From Octopus sinensis (Eukaryota): 64,000 nucleotides of DNA. The notes beneath the pieces were generated by a model. The model saw only the letters and a list, made by a program, of their open reading frames with translations, made no database searches and was not told the origin of the DNA. Where the stretch lies: the NCBI RefSeq assembly GCF_006345805.1, contig NC_043020.1, forward strand, positions 3,224,001-3,288,000, written 5' to 3'. The translations under genes were made by a program, and so were the position numbers. Within the stretch, counting starts at the first letter, position 1. Each line of letters opens with the position of its first letter. Shown piece after piece: positions 25,236-38,160 of the stretch.

Positions 25236-25887
25236 GTGTATTTATATGTTGTGTGTATATGTATGGGTATATATTTGTACATATATATGTGTGTATGTAT
25301 CGATGTATGGATATATATGCATATGAGTGTTTGTGTGTTCATGTGATCATGTGACTGGCCATACTATCAGATGTTGTTACACATCACTAGTCACAATGCA
25401 CCTTCGTTTTAGTCTTCGACTGATTCACCCTGCTGGCTAGGCGAGCAGACTCCACTGATCAAAAGTGGGACTGGAGTAACGTGAAACGAAGTGTTACTTC
25501 AGCTTAACCCTTCAGCCATGTGCCCTCACAAGGGCATTTGTCTGGGGTGATAGTTTCTGTCAAAACACAAGTCGTTTAGCCTTGACTTCACCAAATACAA
25601 CTGGTGACATCTTCCGTCAAACGCAACAGCTGAAGTCTTGGTTCCGTCAAACCTAACCAAAGACTTCAGTCAAACAATGTGTTTGGTCTTGATTCTATCA
25701 AAATCAACCGATAACAGGTTCCATGTTAATTCAACCGTCTTTGTTTGCCAAAGTTAAATAGCAGCCAAATATCCCTCTTCAAAAAGAGAAGGAAGGCACA
25801 TTAAATCATGTACTCCTAGATACCTACTATTTGGATATCTTTGATCTTACATAGCTTAAACAACCAACTCGTAAAAACCCTTCTTAA

Positions 25888-26415
25888 CCCTTTTGCATTC
25901 AGATTACTCTAGTGAGGGCACATGGCTTGGTGGTTAGGGTATTCAGCTCATGCTCACAAGGTCATGAGTTCAATTCCCAGTGGCACCTTGTGTCCTTGAG
26001 CAAGACATTTTATTTCACGTTGCTCTAAGTCCACTCAGCTGGCAAAAATGAGTCATACCAGTAATTCAAAGGGGGGCCAACCTTGTCACATTTTGTGTCA
26101 TGCTGGATTCCTCTGAGCAGCCTGTTTAAGTGGTATATGTGTCTGTGGAGTACTCAGCCACTTGTATGTTAATTGGAACACTTGTCGTGGCCAATGGAAT
26201 GCCTGTGATAAAACATAACTGTCAAGTCTCAGGATTATTTTTCCACATTTTTGATTAATCGTGTGTTTTCTTGTAGTTTTGAAATTTTAACGATGTGATT
26301 GCTTATTTTTAGATTGACATTGCTGGGTATGTGTGAGAGGCTGGATCTGATCAGTTTTAACATAAAACGTGTTGAATATCTGAACCAGATGTGGTCTGGT
26401 TTAAATGTTAAGGGG
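25888..26415. mobile_element. piggyBac-like MITE interrupted by a SINE (about 25915-26200)
   Basis: TTAA|CCCTTTTGCATT...AATGTTAAGGGG|TTAA. The body is shared with 54270-54764. Confidence 0.6.
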
Positions 26416-26769
26416 TTAAGTTGGACCCCAAACTCTCCCCTTCCTCATCAGTTGTCCAATTCTTTGAATCCATCAGTTTATCAAATACAACTCAGAATAA
26501 ATAAATAAATGAAGATTGATGCTGAACAAACAAACATTTGAGTTCTAATTTCTTCAAATTATTTATTTATTCGTTTTCTATTTTTATTTACTTATTTTGA
26601 GGAATTAGCCAATTTAATATTCATGGCCAAATTCGGTTGGATATTAGCCATTGTTTACTATAACAACGCTCATTAAACTACTTTGCTAAATCAGCCTTTA
26701 ACGGCTTTTAACAGAGCTGCCTACCTTGAGACGGGAATATTTTGGCAAGGCTCTTTATTCTGCTCCTGC

Positions 26770-26875
26770 TCAACGTCTCTATCACCTCCACCTCTCTCTT
26801 TCCCTTTCTCTCTCTCTCTCTCTCTCTTCTCCCTTCTCCTCTCTCTCTCTTTCCCTTTCTCTCTCTCTTTCCCTT

Positions 26876-26908
<33 letters not shown>

Positions 26909-27147
26909 CCTTTCTCTCTCTCTTTCCCTTTCTCTCTCTCTCTTCTCTCTCTCTCTTTCCCTTTCTCTCTCTCTCTTCCTCTCTCTCTCTCCCTTTCTCT
27001 CTCTCTCTCCCTTTCTCTCTCTCTCTCCCTTTCTCTCTCTCTCTCCTCTCTCTCTCTCTCTTTCCCTTTCTCTCTCTCTCTCTCTCTCTCTCCCTTTCTC
27101 TCTCTCTCTCCTCTCTCTCTCCTTCTCTCTCTCCTCTCTCTCTCCTT

Positions 27148-27192
<45 letters not shown>

Positions 27193-27218
27193 CTCTCCCT
27201 TTCTCTCTCTCTCCTTCT

Positions 27219-27252
<34 letters not shown>

Positions 27253-27292
27253 TCCTTCTCTCTCTCTCTCTCTCCTTCTCTCTCTCTCTCAC
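26770..27292. repeat. ~520-bp polypyrimidine/polypurine tract, (CT)n with ttccctt interruptions
   Basis: Essentially only C and T on the + strand. It produces stop-free ORFs in several frames. Confidence 0.95.
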
Positions 27293-27740
27293 TCAATATG
27301 TCTCTGTAGATTCTCTCTGACACTTAAGTTGTTTGATTCTGCTATGTTAATTTGATTGTAAAGGGTGTGTTGTATGTGTGTGTGTGTCTGTTTGTGTATT
27401 TATGTTGTGTGTGTGTGTGTGTGTGTCTGTCTGTGTATGTACATAAGAGAGAGAATGTTATACATTTGTGTTGTGTGTATATAATTGTATGTATTTGTTT
27501 GTCTTGTGTTAAGGATTGTGTATGAGTGTGTGTTTAAAAACTTTGTAATCAGATTGAGAGGATAAAGACAATTGAGATGCCAATAAGGTTGACATTTCCT
27601 CTTCATTCTTTGACTTAAAATACCAGTAATTTACTGGTTCTTTCCATTTTGCTGTCTAAGTTAATATTGAGTATTTGTGTGGCAGTCTTTGATGTTTTGT
27701 TTTTAACTTGTCATATAGTGGATAGCCAGAAACACTAGTA

Positions 27741-28405
27741 CAGGGATTCCCAATGTGGGGCATGCACCCCACCAGTGGGGCCTGGGAACAAAGTCCTTAT
27801 TAAAGTGATTCTCTTTTTTTCTTACTCAATAATGTTTTTTTTTTTTTGTACTCAGTATGGTGCAGGAGTGGCTGTGTGGTAAATAGCTGGCTTACCAACC
27901 ACATGGTTCCGGATTCAGTCCCACTGCATGGCATCTTGGGCAAGTGTCTTCTACTATAACTTGGGGCCGACCAAAACCTTGTGAGTGGATTTGGTAGACG
28001 GAAACTGAAAGAAGCTCGTCATATATATATATATGTATGTATGTGTGTGTGTCTGTGTTTGTCCCCCCAACATCACTTGACAACAGATGCTGGTGTGTTT
28101 ACATCCCCCGTAACTTAGCAGTTCGGCAAAGGAGACCGATAGAATAAGTACTAGGTTTAGAAAGAATAAGTCCTGGGGTCAATTTGCTCGACTAAAGGCA
28201 GTGCTCCAGCATGGCTGCAGTCAAATGACTGAAACAAGTAAAAGAGAGAGTATTAAATAAAAGAATTACCGGTAGATTCTTTTGTATTAAATAATTGTGA
28301 TAAAATATTAAAAATAAATTGTTTATTTTACCAACCACCAGAGGAGCATAGATTTTTCTGGAAAGTTATGGTGGTGTCTGGTGAAAAATTGGTTGGGAAA
28401 CACTG
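27741..28405. mobile_element. hAT-like MITE carrying a SINE A insertion
   Basis: TIRs CAGGGATTCCCAA / TTGGGAAACACTG. Flanks cactagta / tactggtc match at 5 of 8 positions (possible decayed TSD). Confidence 0.5.
27859..28250 (+). mobile_element. Full-length tRNA-headed SINE (family A), best preserved copy
   Basis: Head ggtgcaggagtggctgtgtggtaa with B-box-like ggattcagtcc, internal TA/TG microsatellite, tail gactgaaacaagtaaaagag. More than 20 homologous copies occur in the window. Confidence 0.85.
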
Positions 28406-31400
28406 TACTGGTCATTAGAAGCAACCCCCCCCCTGTTGTCTTGCCAGTCATAACAATCAGCCCCTAACTCTAAGTACAAGTCATTGAGAAAGCCTGTATG
28501 GGTTCACCTGAACCATTAGAAATAAGAACCAAATCGCCCTTAAATCATATACAATCATCTTTAAAAAAGATCACACTAGATAGTTTCACTGTGCTTGAAT
28601 ATGAAGACGGCATGGTCATGGCTGGAATATTTTTGATAATATGTCTACAGTATCACAACAGATTTAGGATTAAATAGCAAAACTTGAATACAGGACAGCC
28701 TGTATGCTGTCACTTGACCTCCAAGAAAAAGCAGTCAAATCTCAAATCTCATCTGGCTTTCTTAAAAAATTCAAGTATATATATATTAGATACTGTAGTT
28801 TTAAATACGGTGTGTCTGAAAATAGAATTGGGACAATCACAGTTGGAGCACCTTTAGAATGTCTTTGATCACAAGCCAGCTCGATCAGAGCAGACCCAGG
28901 GCTAAACAAAAGCAACAAGTGGGAATGTTCCCACAACAAAGAAATTTAGCAGAAATAGACTTGATTAAAGAATTTTGGACTTGACAGATGAGAGTAAGAA
29001 ATAGGATTTTGACATAAATCGAGAGGAATGGGAAATGGAGTCGATCAGGGTTAAAATGTCCAAGACACAGTGTATATCTTAATGGCGGCACCTCTACAGT
29101 TTCTTCAGGTTTTGAGCAAAGAAACTCTGTTCTTGTTTTGTGAAACCCTGTCCTACTTGGTTTTAAGATCTCGATTTTGTTGTGGTTGGTGGATGGTCAT
29201 GATTGGAAGATCAGGGCTGATCTGATGCTAAACAGCGTAAGATTGGATCTACAAATCTATAGAGAAAGGAGTTATATTGTCAACTAGATCAGAGCAAGTA
29301 AATAACAGTTTTATTGTATCTTGGGAAGGTCACTAAGCCAACAATAAACTCATGCACTGGTTCAATTTCACTTCTTTATAATTCATCAATTAGTTAGTGA
29401 TTTAACCAACTAATTAATCTGTTGTTTGACCAGCCGTACAACTACATAAATATAGAACCTAAAACTGAAGGACGGACAGTCCTGAAGCTGACCCGGAGTA
29501 GTGAGAGAGAATGTCATTAAAGTGGATGAAAGGACTGGCAGACACAGCTGATTGATTGATTAACCAAATGATTAATTAATTAAGCAATCAATTGGTTAAA
29601 TAACCAAATGATGAATAATGAAAATGTGAAAAACAATCAGTGTGTGTTTATTATTGACATAGTGACCCTCCCAATGAACACTAAAATCTGTTTCAACCTA
29701 TGAGTTCACACCAAGGATCTCATAAGCCAAATGCAAAAATAAAAGAACTCGCTTTATTGTCCCAGAATGGATGAAATGTCAGCAGTGGCAGATATTGAAC
29801 CCTGGACCAAAAGGAGCACAACTACCTTCCATCAGCCATCTTGACCACTGAGCTATCAATTCTGTCCAAATAATGCTGGCTGGTCTGACCACTTCCTTCC
29901 TTTTGTCTTTCCTTTCTCCTCTCACTACCATTGTTATTATTATTATTCTCACTTTTCCGTCTCTCTCTCTTCTCTTCTCTCCATCCTCGTCATCTGATAT
30001 CCCCCCTCATCCTTCCTCTCTTGCCTGCTACTGCCATAACTGTTACCATTTAACCACCACTACCACTGCTACTACTTACACGCTGTATCCACTACTACAC
30101 TTACTATTACTGTCCTCATCAACACCACACTACTACTACTACTACTACTACTACTTTCACTTTCCTCTCTTACCACTCCCACTATTACTACACTATTGTA
30201 CTTCCTCCTCTTCCTCATCCTCTTCCTCCTCCCACTTTTCATTCATTTAATGAAAACCAGGAAGAAAGAGATGAAGGCAAAACCCACCAGAATCAATCAA
30301 TCAATCAATCAATAACACACAACAGTGCAAACAGCAACTGCACATTTTAGATATTTATTACTGCTTATTTCTTATTTCTTCTCTCTCTTTCTTTTTCCTT
30401 TTATTTCTCTGTCATTTTGTCTTTCATTCCTCTTCGTTTCAGTTTCCTTCCTTTTTCTTTCATTCCTAGTTTCACTTTCGTTTTCTCCTTCGTATTCTTC
30501 CGTTCTCCCTTTCTTTCTCTCCTCATTCCTCACTTTTCCCCAGTTTCTCTTTTTCTTTTCTCCTTCAAATTCTGCCGCCTTTCGATTTCTCTCTCATCAA
30601 TGAACATGCTTGCACATTGAAGTGCATCTGCTCGTGTCTTGCATCACTGCACTATTTACATTACCACCACCACCCTCATCACTATCAACCATTGTCACCA
30701 CCAACATCATCCGTATAGCTTATTATCATCCGGAACTCCATATTATTATTATCATTATTATCATCGTTGTTGTTGTCATTGTCAGCATTGTTGTTGTCGT
30801 CATCGTTTACCGAAGCCCAGTCCACGACCTTCGGCTGCCCATCGTCTCCCTTCCAGCTTCCGAGTCTCCTTTGCACGGAATTGCCGGGATTTTGTTGTAT
30901 TGAAATTCTATTTTTTTTTGTTGCTTTCTTTAGATTTTTATTATTTTTAATGCATTACATGGTCTTTAATGAAGCTGAGAAAAGCATGAATACCTCGACA
31001 TCCCATCACACTGTGGCAACATGCCTCTATAGGAAACCCCCAGTGACATCATTTGCATTATTATTCTTATTGCTTTTTATTCTTACAGATTATTATTGAT
31101 AATAATAACATTATTACTTTTCCCAATTATCATTATAATTATCATCATTTACAATAGCATTATTAAACTATTAGCACTGCACACACACAAACACTTATGC
31201 ATACACTCACACATATACACACCTCCATATACACACATATACACACCTATATACTTGGGGTTCAGCTGTGCTGGTCAGTCACCTGGTCCTGGACGGTCAG
31301 TTTAGCAGTTACTTGGATTAGTGGGTGTGTCATTGGATTTTGATAATTTTTACATTTCTTGGATCTTAAAAAGACAAAAAAGAAACCCCAAAATCCCACA

Positions 31401-31498
31401 CATTCCGTGGAGGTGGGCAAAATAGCAACACCTTTACCTGCAAAGAAGGAAAGTAGGAAAGAAACAAATTAATCTAATTGGACAACAAAACAACAATA

Positions 31499-31516
31499 AT
31501 GTTAAGCAGATTGTGG
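31499..31516 (+). CDS. Candidate alternative first coding exon (MLSRLW) of a short ERC isoform
   Basis: aataATG (A at -3) TTA AGC AGA TTG TGG is followed by a consensus donor G|GTAAGT at 31517. Phase 0 matches the phase-0 ERC acceptor at 48983. A non-repetitive, UTR-like stretch precedes it, with a CpG-containing patch at about 30790-30890. Confidence 0.5.
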
Positions 31517-31618
31517 GTAAGTACCAAATACTTAGAACACTTGTTGCTGTTGTTCTTGTTATCCTTGTATTTCCTGAAAAAGTTAGATTGTGTGTATGTA
31601 TGTGTGTGTGTGATGATG

Positions 31619-31660
<42 letters not shown>

Positions 31661-31683
31661 GTATGTATATGTATGTATATATT

Positions 31684-32050
31684 GGTGCAGGTGTGGCTTT
31701 GTGGTAAGAAGCTTGCTTCCCAACCACATGGTTCTGGGTTCAGTTCCATTGTGTGTCACCTTGGGTAAGTGTCTTCTACTAAAGCCTTGGTCCGAACAAA
31801 ACCCTTGTGAGTAGACTTAGTAGATGGAAACTGAAAAAAGCTTGCTGTGTATATATGTATGCGTGTGTGTCTGTCTTTGACCCCCCACCACTGCTTGACA
31901 ACTGGTGTTGGTGTGTTTATGTCCCCATAACTTAGCAGTTTGGCAAAAGAAACTGACAGAATAAGTACCAGACTTAAGAAAAAGTAAGTACTGGGGGTCA
32001 ATGCATTCGATTAAAAATTCTTGAAAGTGGTGACTGAAACTAGTAAAAGA
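31684..32050 (+). mobile_element. SINE family A, full length
   Basis: Head at 31684, tail gactgaaactagtaaaagag. Confidence 0.75.
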
Positions 32051-32054
32051 GAAA

Positions 32055-32074
32055 AGACACACACACACACATAT

Positions 32075-32129
<55 letters not shown>

Positions 32130-32147
32130 CACACATACATATATGAT

Positions 32148-32193
<46 letters not shown>

Positions 32194-32212
32194 CACACAC
32201 ACATACATATAT

Positions 32213-32260
<48 letters not shown>

Positions 32261-32290
32261 ACATACATACATATATGTAGGTATATATGC
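32055..32290. repeat. Compound (CA)n/(TA)n microsatellite with duplicated internal block
   Basis: The block gcacacacacac..atacatatat.gatatatat is repeated between TA tracts. Confidence 0.85.
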
Positions 32291-32636
32291 ATTCGAGTGT
32301 GTATGGGTTTATCTAAGTATAGGTGTTTGCATGCATGTTTGTCTCTGCAAATATAACCGTGTGTGTATATAAATATATAGCTGAGTATTCAGGTATAGAT
32401 GTGTTTAGTTCAATGTGTGTGTGTGCATAGGTGTAGATGTATTGGTTTGTGTGTGTGTGTATGTAGCTCTCGGTGTGAGGGTGTATAAGTGCGAGTGTAG
32501 ATGTGTTTGCACAGTGATATTTGTATGAATGGAACTGATGCAGACGGGTGTATATTGACACATGTATTTGTGTGTATTGTATAAGTGTTCAATGTGTGAA
32601 TACATGATTGCACACACACACACACAGAAATGTGTG

Positions 32637-32671
<35 letters not shown>

Positions 32672-32814
32672 CTCTGTGTTACATATTCGAGATTTTTCTA
32701 TTCCTATCAATTGAAAAGTTCCTTGTTTTGAGATGAGTTGACATGTGAAGTACGTGTATCTCTTATCTGCTTTGTCCGTGTGTGTGTGTATATATATATT
32801 TTCTTTATTTTTCT

Positions 32815-33160
32815 TTATTTACTTCTTTCAGTCATTACACTGTGACCATACTGGAGCATTGTCTTTTTTCATCAAATGAATACACCCCAGTACTTACTCT
32901 TTGTTAAGCCTGATACATAGTCTATCGGTCTATTTTGCTGAACTGCTAAGTTATGGCAAGTGGTTGTCAAGTGGTACTGGGGGACAAAGACACACACACA
33001 CATACAACAGGCTTCTTTCAGTTTCTGTCTACCAAATCCACTCACAAGGCTTTGGTTGGCCCGAGGCTATTGTAGAAGATACTTACCTAAGGTGCCATGC
33101 AGTGGGATTGACCCTGGAACCATGTGGTTGGGAAGTAAGCTACTTACCACACAGTCACAC
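32815..33160 (-). mobile_element. SINE family A
   Basis: Reverse-complement homology. Confidence 0.7.
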
Positions 33161-34125
33161 CTTATGTGTGTGTGTGTGTGTCTAAGTATGTACTGAATAA
33201 GTTGTTACGGTGAAATTCGAAGTCCCAGTCAATTTTAATGTGATAAGCAAATTTTACTCAGCTGATAGTGTAAATGTCCCATCGTGACTAAATGGTTGAT
33301 GGTATCTGATTTTTATTGATTAACGATACTGAATATTACACACACACACACACTGACACATCGTGTGTGTGTGTACACGTATATAAACACAGAGTTGTGT
33401 GTGTGTGTGTGTGTATGCATATAGACACATAGAACTGTGTGTGTGTGTTGTACGGCAGAAGCCAATAAAGTGTCGGGGAATGTTAGGTGATGTGGTCTAA
33501 CATGTGATGTATGACAGTCTGATGGATATTGTGAGACTATGAAGGTGACGGAGATGGGGATTGTGGCGGTGGGGGTTTTGTTGTGATGGCGAGGGTAACG
33601 GTGGTTGTGATGGTGTTGTGGTGAGGGAGGTGATGTGGTGTTGTCGGCGGGGGTGGTGGTGGTGTCCATATCCTTATGTTTTGTGTTCCTTAATACAGTT
33701 CAGTATAATGATGCTGTTTATCTCTTGGTCAATGGTACCAACTCTGATTAAACAGATCTCTCATCAAAGGCCTTCCAACCATGACCATCTCATCTTTTCC
33801 CTATGTGAAAATCTAGGGCCATATTAACATGTCCTTTTTTCTTCTAAAATTTTGGGTGTCATTTTAAGATTTGGCTGTTATTTCTAGCAGGTCATATGAC
33901 AACATGCATGCTCTGTCTAGCACATTGCTTTGTGTGCAGTGTGGTGACGATGGTGGTGGTGATGGTGTCGTGTTCTGTGGGGTGGGCCAGGGTGGCATCA
34001 TGTAACATGGTGTAGCATTATGTAATGTGATGTAAACTTGGCTTTCAACCAACTTTTTTTTCCATATATGAGCAAGCACAAAACTTGAAATGTACAGGTG
34101 TGTGTGTGTAAGTGTATGCATGTGT

Positions 34126-34158
<33 letters not shown>

Positions 34159-35571
34159 ACTTGTGCTTTATGCCTGCATGCATGTGTAAAGAACGGTATT
34201 ATTATTTTATTGTTTTACTTGTTTTGATCATTGGACTGTGGCCATGCTGTAGCACTGTCCAGAAGGTTTCAGTTGATCAAATTATTTCCAGTGCATATTC
34301 TTAAGTTTGGTACTTATTCTATCAGCATCTTTTTGCCAAACTACTAAATTGTGGGAATGTAAACAAACCAACACCGGTTGTCAAGCTGTAAGGGACAAAC
34401 ACTTATGTGCACACACACACACACATGAATAGACAATGGTTTAGGCAAGTTTTTTCTTTTTCTGTCAAATTTACTTGCAAAGGATTGGACGGTTCAGGAC
34501 CATAGCAGAAATCATTTACCAATACACAACACAGTGGGATTTGAACCCAGAACTCTATGGTTGTGAACTAAACTTCTTACCATGCAGTCATGCTTTATGC
34601 TTTTGGTTTCTTTTTTGTTTATTTTTAATGCCTTTTTCCAAAGGGTATTAACTGTTTAAAACTTGAGGGCCAAAATTGAAACCAGGGTTTGGGGCATCAG
34701 TTACAGGACATGGGAGTCGCTTTCCAGATATTTCTCACAATGTTTAGTGTCCTGACCAGGGTCAGTGTTATACCCACGCCACTTTATCTAAATAAACTTT
34801 CCTCATTCAATGTGTTCGGGAACAGGCCTGTCAGGGTAATATTCCCTGTGGCGTTGTCTGAAAGATGGTTACATGAATGAATATGTGGCTGTGTTCATAT
34901 CAATATGTATTTGGGTAATATGTTTTTGTGCTTATATATAACACACACACACACACACACACACATTCATGAGTCATCATCTTAATCATCCTTTCAGAAT
35001 CTTTTCCATTCTTGTATGGGTTGGGTGCTGTTGGTTGAGGAATGGCTTCTCTGGCTAGATGCCCTTCCTGTCCCCAACTTTCACTTATTTCCAAACAAAC
35101 TAATCATATTTCCCCGTGGCTAGACAATTTCTTACACAATATTGGAAATGAATGACGCTGCTTGTATGACAGTGAGACTCCTTTACGACTATCATGTGAT
35201 GTCAAAACAAAACGAGACAAACGTACTTTTGCTTAACCCTCCCCCCCACACACACATGCATGCATCCATGACAGGCTTCTTTCATTATCTATTTGCTGAA
35301 TCCACTCACGAGGCTTTAGTTGGCCCAGGGCTACACTAGAAGATGCTTGCTCAAGGTGTCACACAGTGGGACTGAACCTAAAACCATGTGGTTTGAAAGC
35401 ATAACCACTACCACACTTGTGTGTGTCTGTGTGTACACTGTAAGGTAAGAAGTTTGCTTCCCAACCACATGGTTCTGGGTTCAGTCCCACTGCATGGCAC
35501 CTTGGGAAAATGCCTTCTACTGTAGCCTCAGGATTTGGTTGACAGAAACTGAAAGCAGCCTGTCGTATATA

Positions 35572-35599
<28 letters not shown>

Positions 35600-35602
<3 letters not shown>

Positions 35603-35815
35603 TTCTTTACTGCCCACAGGGGGCTAAACATAGAGGGGACAAACAAGGACAGACAAATGGATTAAGTCGATTACATCAACCCCAGTGTGAAACTGGTACT
35701 TAATTTATCGACCCCGAAAGGAAGAAAGGCAAAGTCGACCTCGGCGGAATTTGAACTCAAAGTGTAACGGCAGACGAAATACCACAAAGCATTTCGCCTG
35801 GCGTGTTAACGTTTC
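35600..35815 (-). mobile_element. SINE family B, near full length
   Basis: tttctttactgcccacaggg...gtcgacctcggcggaatttgaactc...gcatttcgcctggcgtgttaacg. Confidence 0.8.
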
Positions 35816-36114
35816 TGTGTGTATATGTGTGTGTGTGTATGTGACTTTTTGTATGTGTTTGTCCCCCACCATGTGAACACACCAACAACTGGTGTTGATG
35901 TGTTCACATCCTTGTAACCTAGCAGTTTGGCAAAAAGAGACTGATTGAATAATTACTGCGCTTTACAAAAAAATTATAAGTACTGGGGTCGATAAGTTCA
36001 ACTAAATTTCTTCAAGTCATTGCCCCAGCTGCAGTCTTATAACAGAAACAAGTAAAAGAGAAAAGATTGTGTGTGTGTGTGATTATGAAATACAGTCCAT
36101 CAGAGATGTCTATG

Positions 36115-36455
36115 GCCCTAGTCCCACTGCGTGGCACCTTGTGTAAGTTTCTTTTACTATAGCCTTGGGCTGACCAAAGCCTTGTGAGTGGCTTTGGTAA
36201 ATGGAAAATGAAAGAAGCCTGTCATATATATATATATATATAATTGTTTGTGTGTTTGCCCCCCCCCCCCAAATCTCTTGACAACCGATGCTGGTGTGTT
36301 TACATTCCCGTAACAACATAGTGGTTCGGCAAAAGAGACCAATGGAATAAGCACAAGGCTTACGAAGAATAAGTCCTGGGGTCGATTTGTTCGACTAAAG
36401 GTGGTGCTCCAGCATGGCCGCAGTCAAATGACTGAAACAAGTAAAAGACTAAAAG
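36115..36455 (+). mobile_element. SINE family A, 5' truncated, low divergence
   Basis: gtcccactgcgtggcacc...ccagcatggccgcagtcaaatgactgaaacaagtaaaagac. Confidence 0.75.
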
Positions 36456-37559
36456 AATTAATTTAGGAATTCCAGCTGAGAAATTCTTTGCCATTATTCA
36501 CACTGTTTCGTTATTTGCCTCAATATTGATTTGAAGGATGTTAATGTTTTAAATCAATGCAACGTTGATAATATTATGTAAAGAATCATATTGTATGTAA
36601 GACTATAATATGTCTTACGTATGTGAGTGGTGATGGCCGTGGGGGACAGTCAGAATGGTTAACTTGTAAAGGTACTGTTTTATGTGGTTCATCATCCTGC
36701 CAGAAATAGTAGCCAAATCTCCTGTGTCAAGAGAAAACAAGATGAGATGGTCATGGTTGGAATGCTTTTGATTCCAGGCTTGGGCAATCAAAGCCAACTT
36801 GGAATTCAACAGTAATGCTAAAAGCAAGAGTACCACTGTCAGGGCCGATGTTTACTCCAGCTGGAATCTTATAGGGATATTGTTACCAGTAACCACATTT
36901 GCTTCTCTACACACATTATATAATGTATATGTATTTGTGTGTATATTATATGAACATTACCTCTAATTGTATATTATATGTCCCTGTATGTATATGTGTA
37001 TATGCATGTATGTATATATATATACATGCACTTACACACATGTGAATGAACATATGTTTATATATGAATGTATGTACATATATGTATGCATGTCTATGTG
37101 TGTATGTATATACATGCACACACATGCACACACACATGCACACACACATACACACACATATATACACATATACACACTGGTGGTGCTATTAAGTTAGACA
37201 TGGCCTGAGCCAGTACTGGCCAAAACTTATCTATGTATATATATATATATAAACATACATATTATATACTAGTTTAAAAGCAGCAATCCATGCGTACTTT
37301 TTTAAGCTAGCTCCTGTGGAGGGCTAAATGGGCCTGTAGCCCTAAACTGAAGAGAGGTAAATAGCATGACTCTAATACATCTATAATAAGTACCTGGTGG
37401 TGTTTGATCAGAGATTAAGGATGGATGAGGATTAATTTTGTAAAGCAATCATTCTATTGTTTCAGTCCTTGAATTCCAACTGTTGGCCAATTTGTCCCCA
37501 AAGTTCTCATCTTGATGTAAAATTAATGGAGCGACTGTCATTTATCTCGCCTTTGATCT

Positions 37560-38160
37560 CTGGACATCATCTGACCAACACCAACCAAGATGACTTGTGA
37601 CTTATATCTGTCTTTGTTTAATTATCAAGATGACAGGCAGTATAGATCCATATAGTCACTTGTCTGATATATGGTTGGCACAAGAGATGTTAAAGGTCTT
37701 TCACAGAAGTTGAGTGTATTTGCTGTCTAGTGATTGCTGTTTGTCCACTGTAAAACACCAGAATTCAGAACTGTAGAATCTACTGTGGCACAAAACAGGT
37801 TTCGTTTTAGGTCACATGACTGTCGCATTTTCCAAATTTTCCCTGGCTTGTTGGATGCTGACCATGTTATCGCTTTATGAATGTTAACATTTGTGCTGAG
37901 AGAGGGAATATGAGGGCTCAGGTCACAAAAATGAACAACTGACTCAATGGACCCCAGTGAAAATGTAAGATTGTTCACACTAGCAGTTTCACCAATGATT
38001 ATGGTCTTTGTGTTTGAACGATTCATTGAGAGATCAACTTCAGCGGCAGTTGACTCTGGGTTTGTGAGGAAAGTTTAAGCATCTGTGTTTGTCGTATGTG
38101 GGACGAGTGCGATGTCATCTGTGAAATCAAGGAGAGTAAATGTCCTGAATATGGACTGGC
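37560..38160 (-). mobile_element. RTE-clade LINE reverse-transcriptase fragment (decayed)
   Basis: LLDFTDDIALV (YADD-like motif, 38125-38114), then MNRSNTKT...ESVVHFCDL...AITWSASNKPGKIWK...DLKRNLFCATVDS and a degraded LDSKYTQLL...LYG segment. Confidence 0.8.

Noticed and set aside
26683-27355. Five overlapping ORFs of 190-209 aa (LS- and ER-rich)
   Set aside because: Translation of a CT/GA microsatellite that lacks stop codons.
28858-28983. 41-codon ORF MSLITSQLDQSRPRAK...
   Set aside because: Short, with no splice signals or recognisable homology.
31432-31470. Minus-strand pyrimidine tract plus CAG|GTAAAG resembling a ratchet point
   Set aside because: It is the complement of a purine-rich stretch in the putative ERC 5' UTR, has a weaker donor, and no minus-strand gene spanning it is supported. 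It shows such motifs can arise by chance, so it serves as a caution for the + strand calls.
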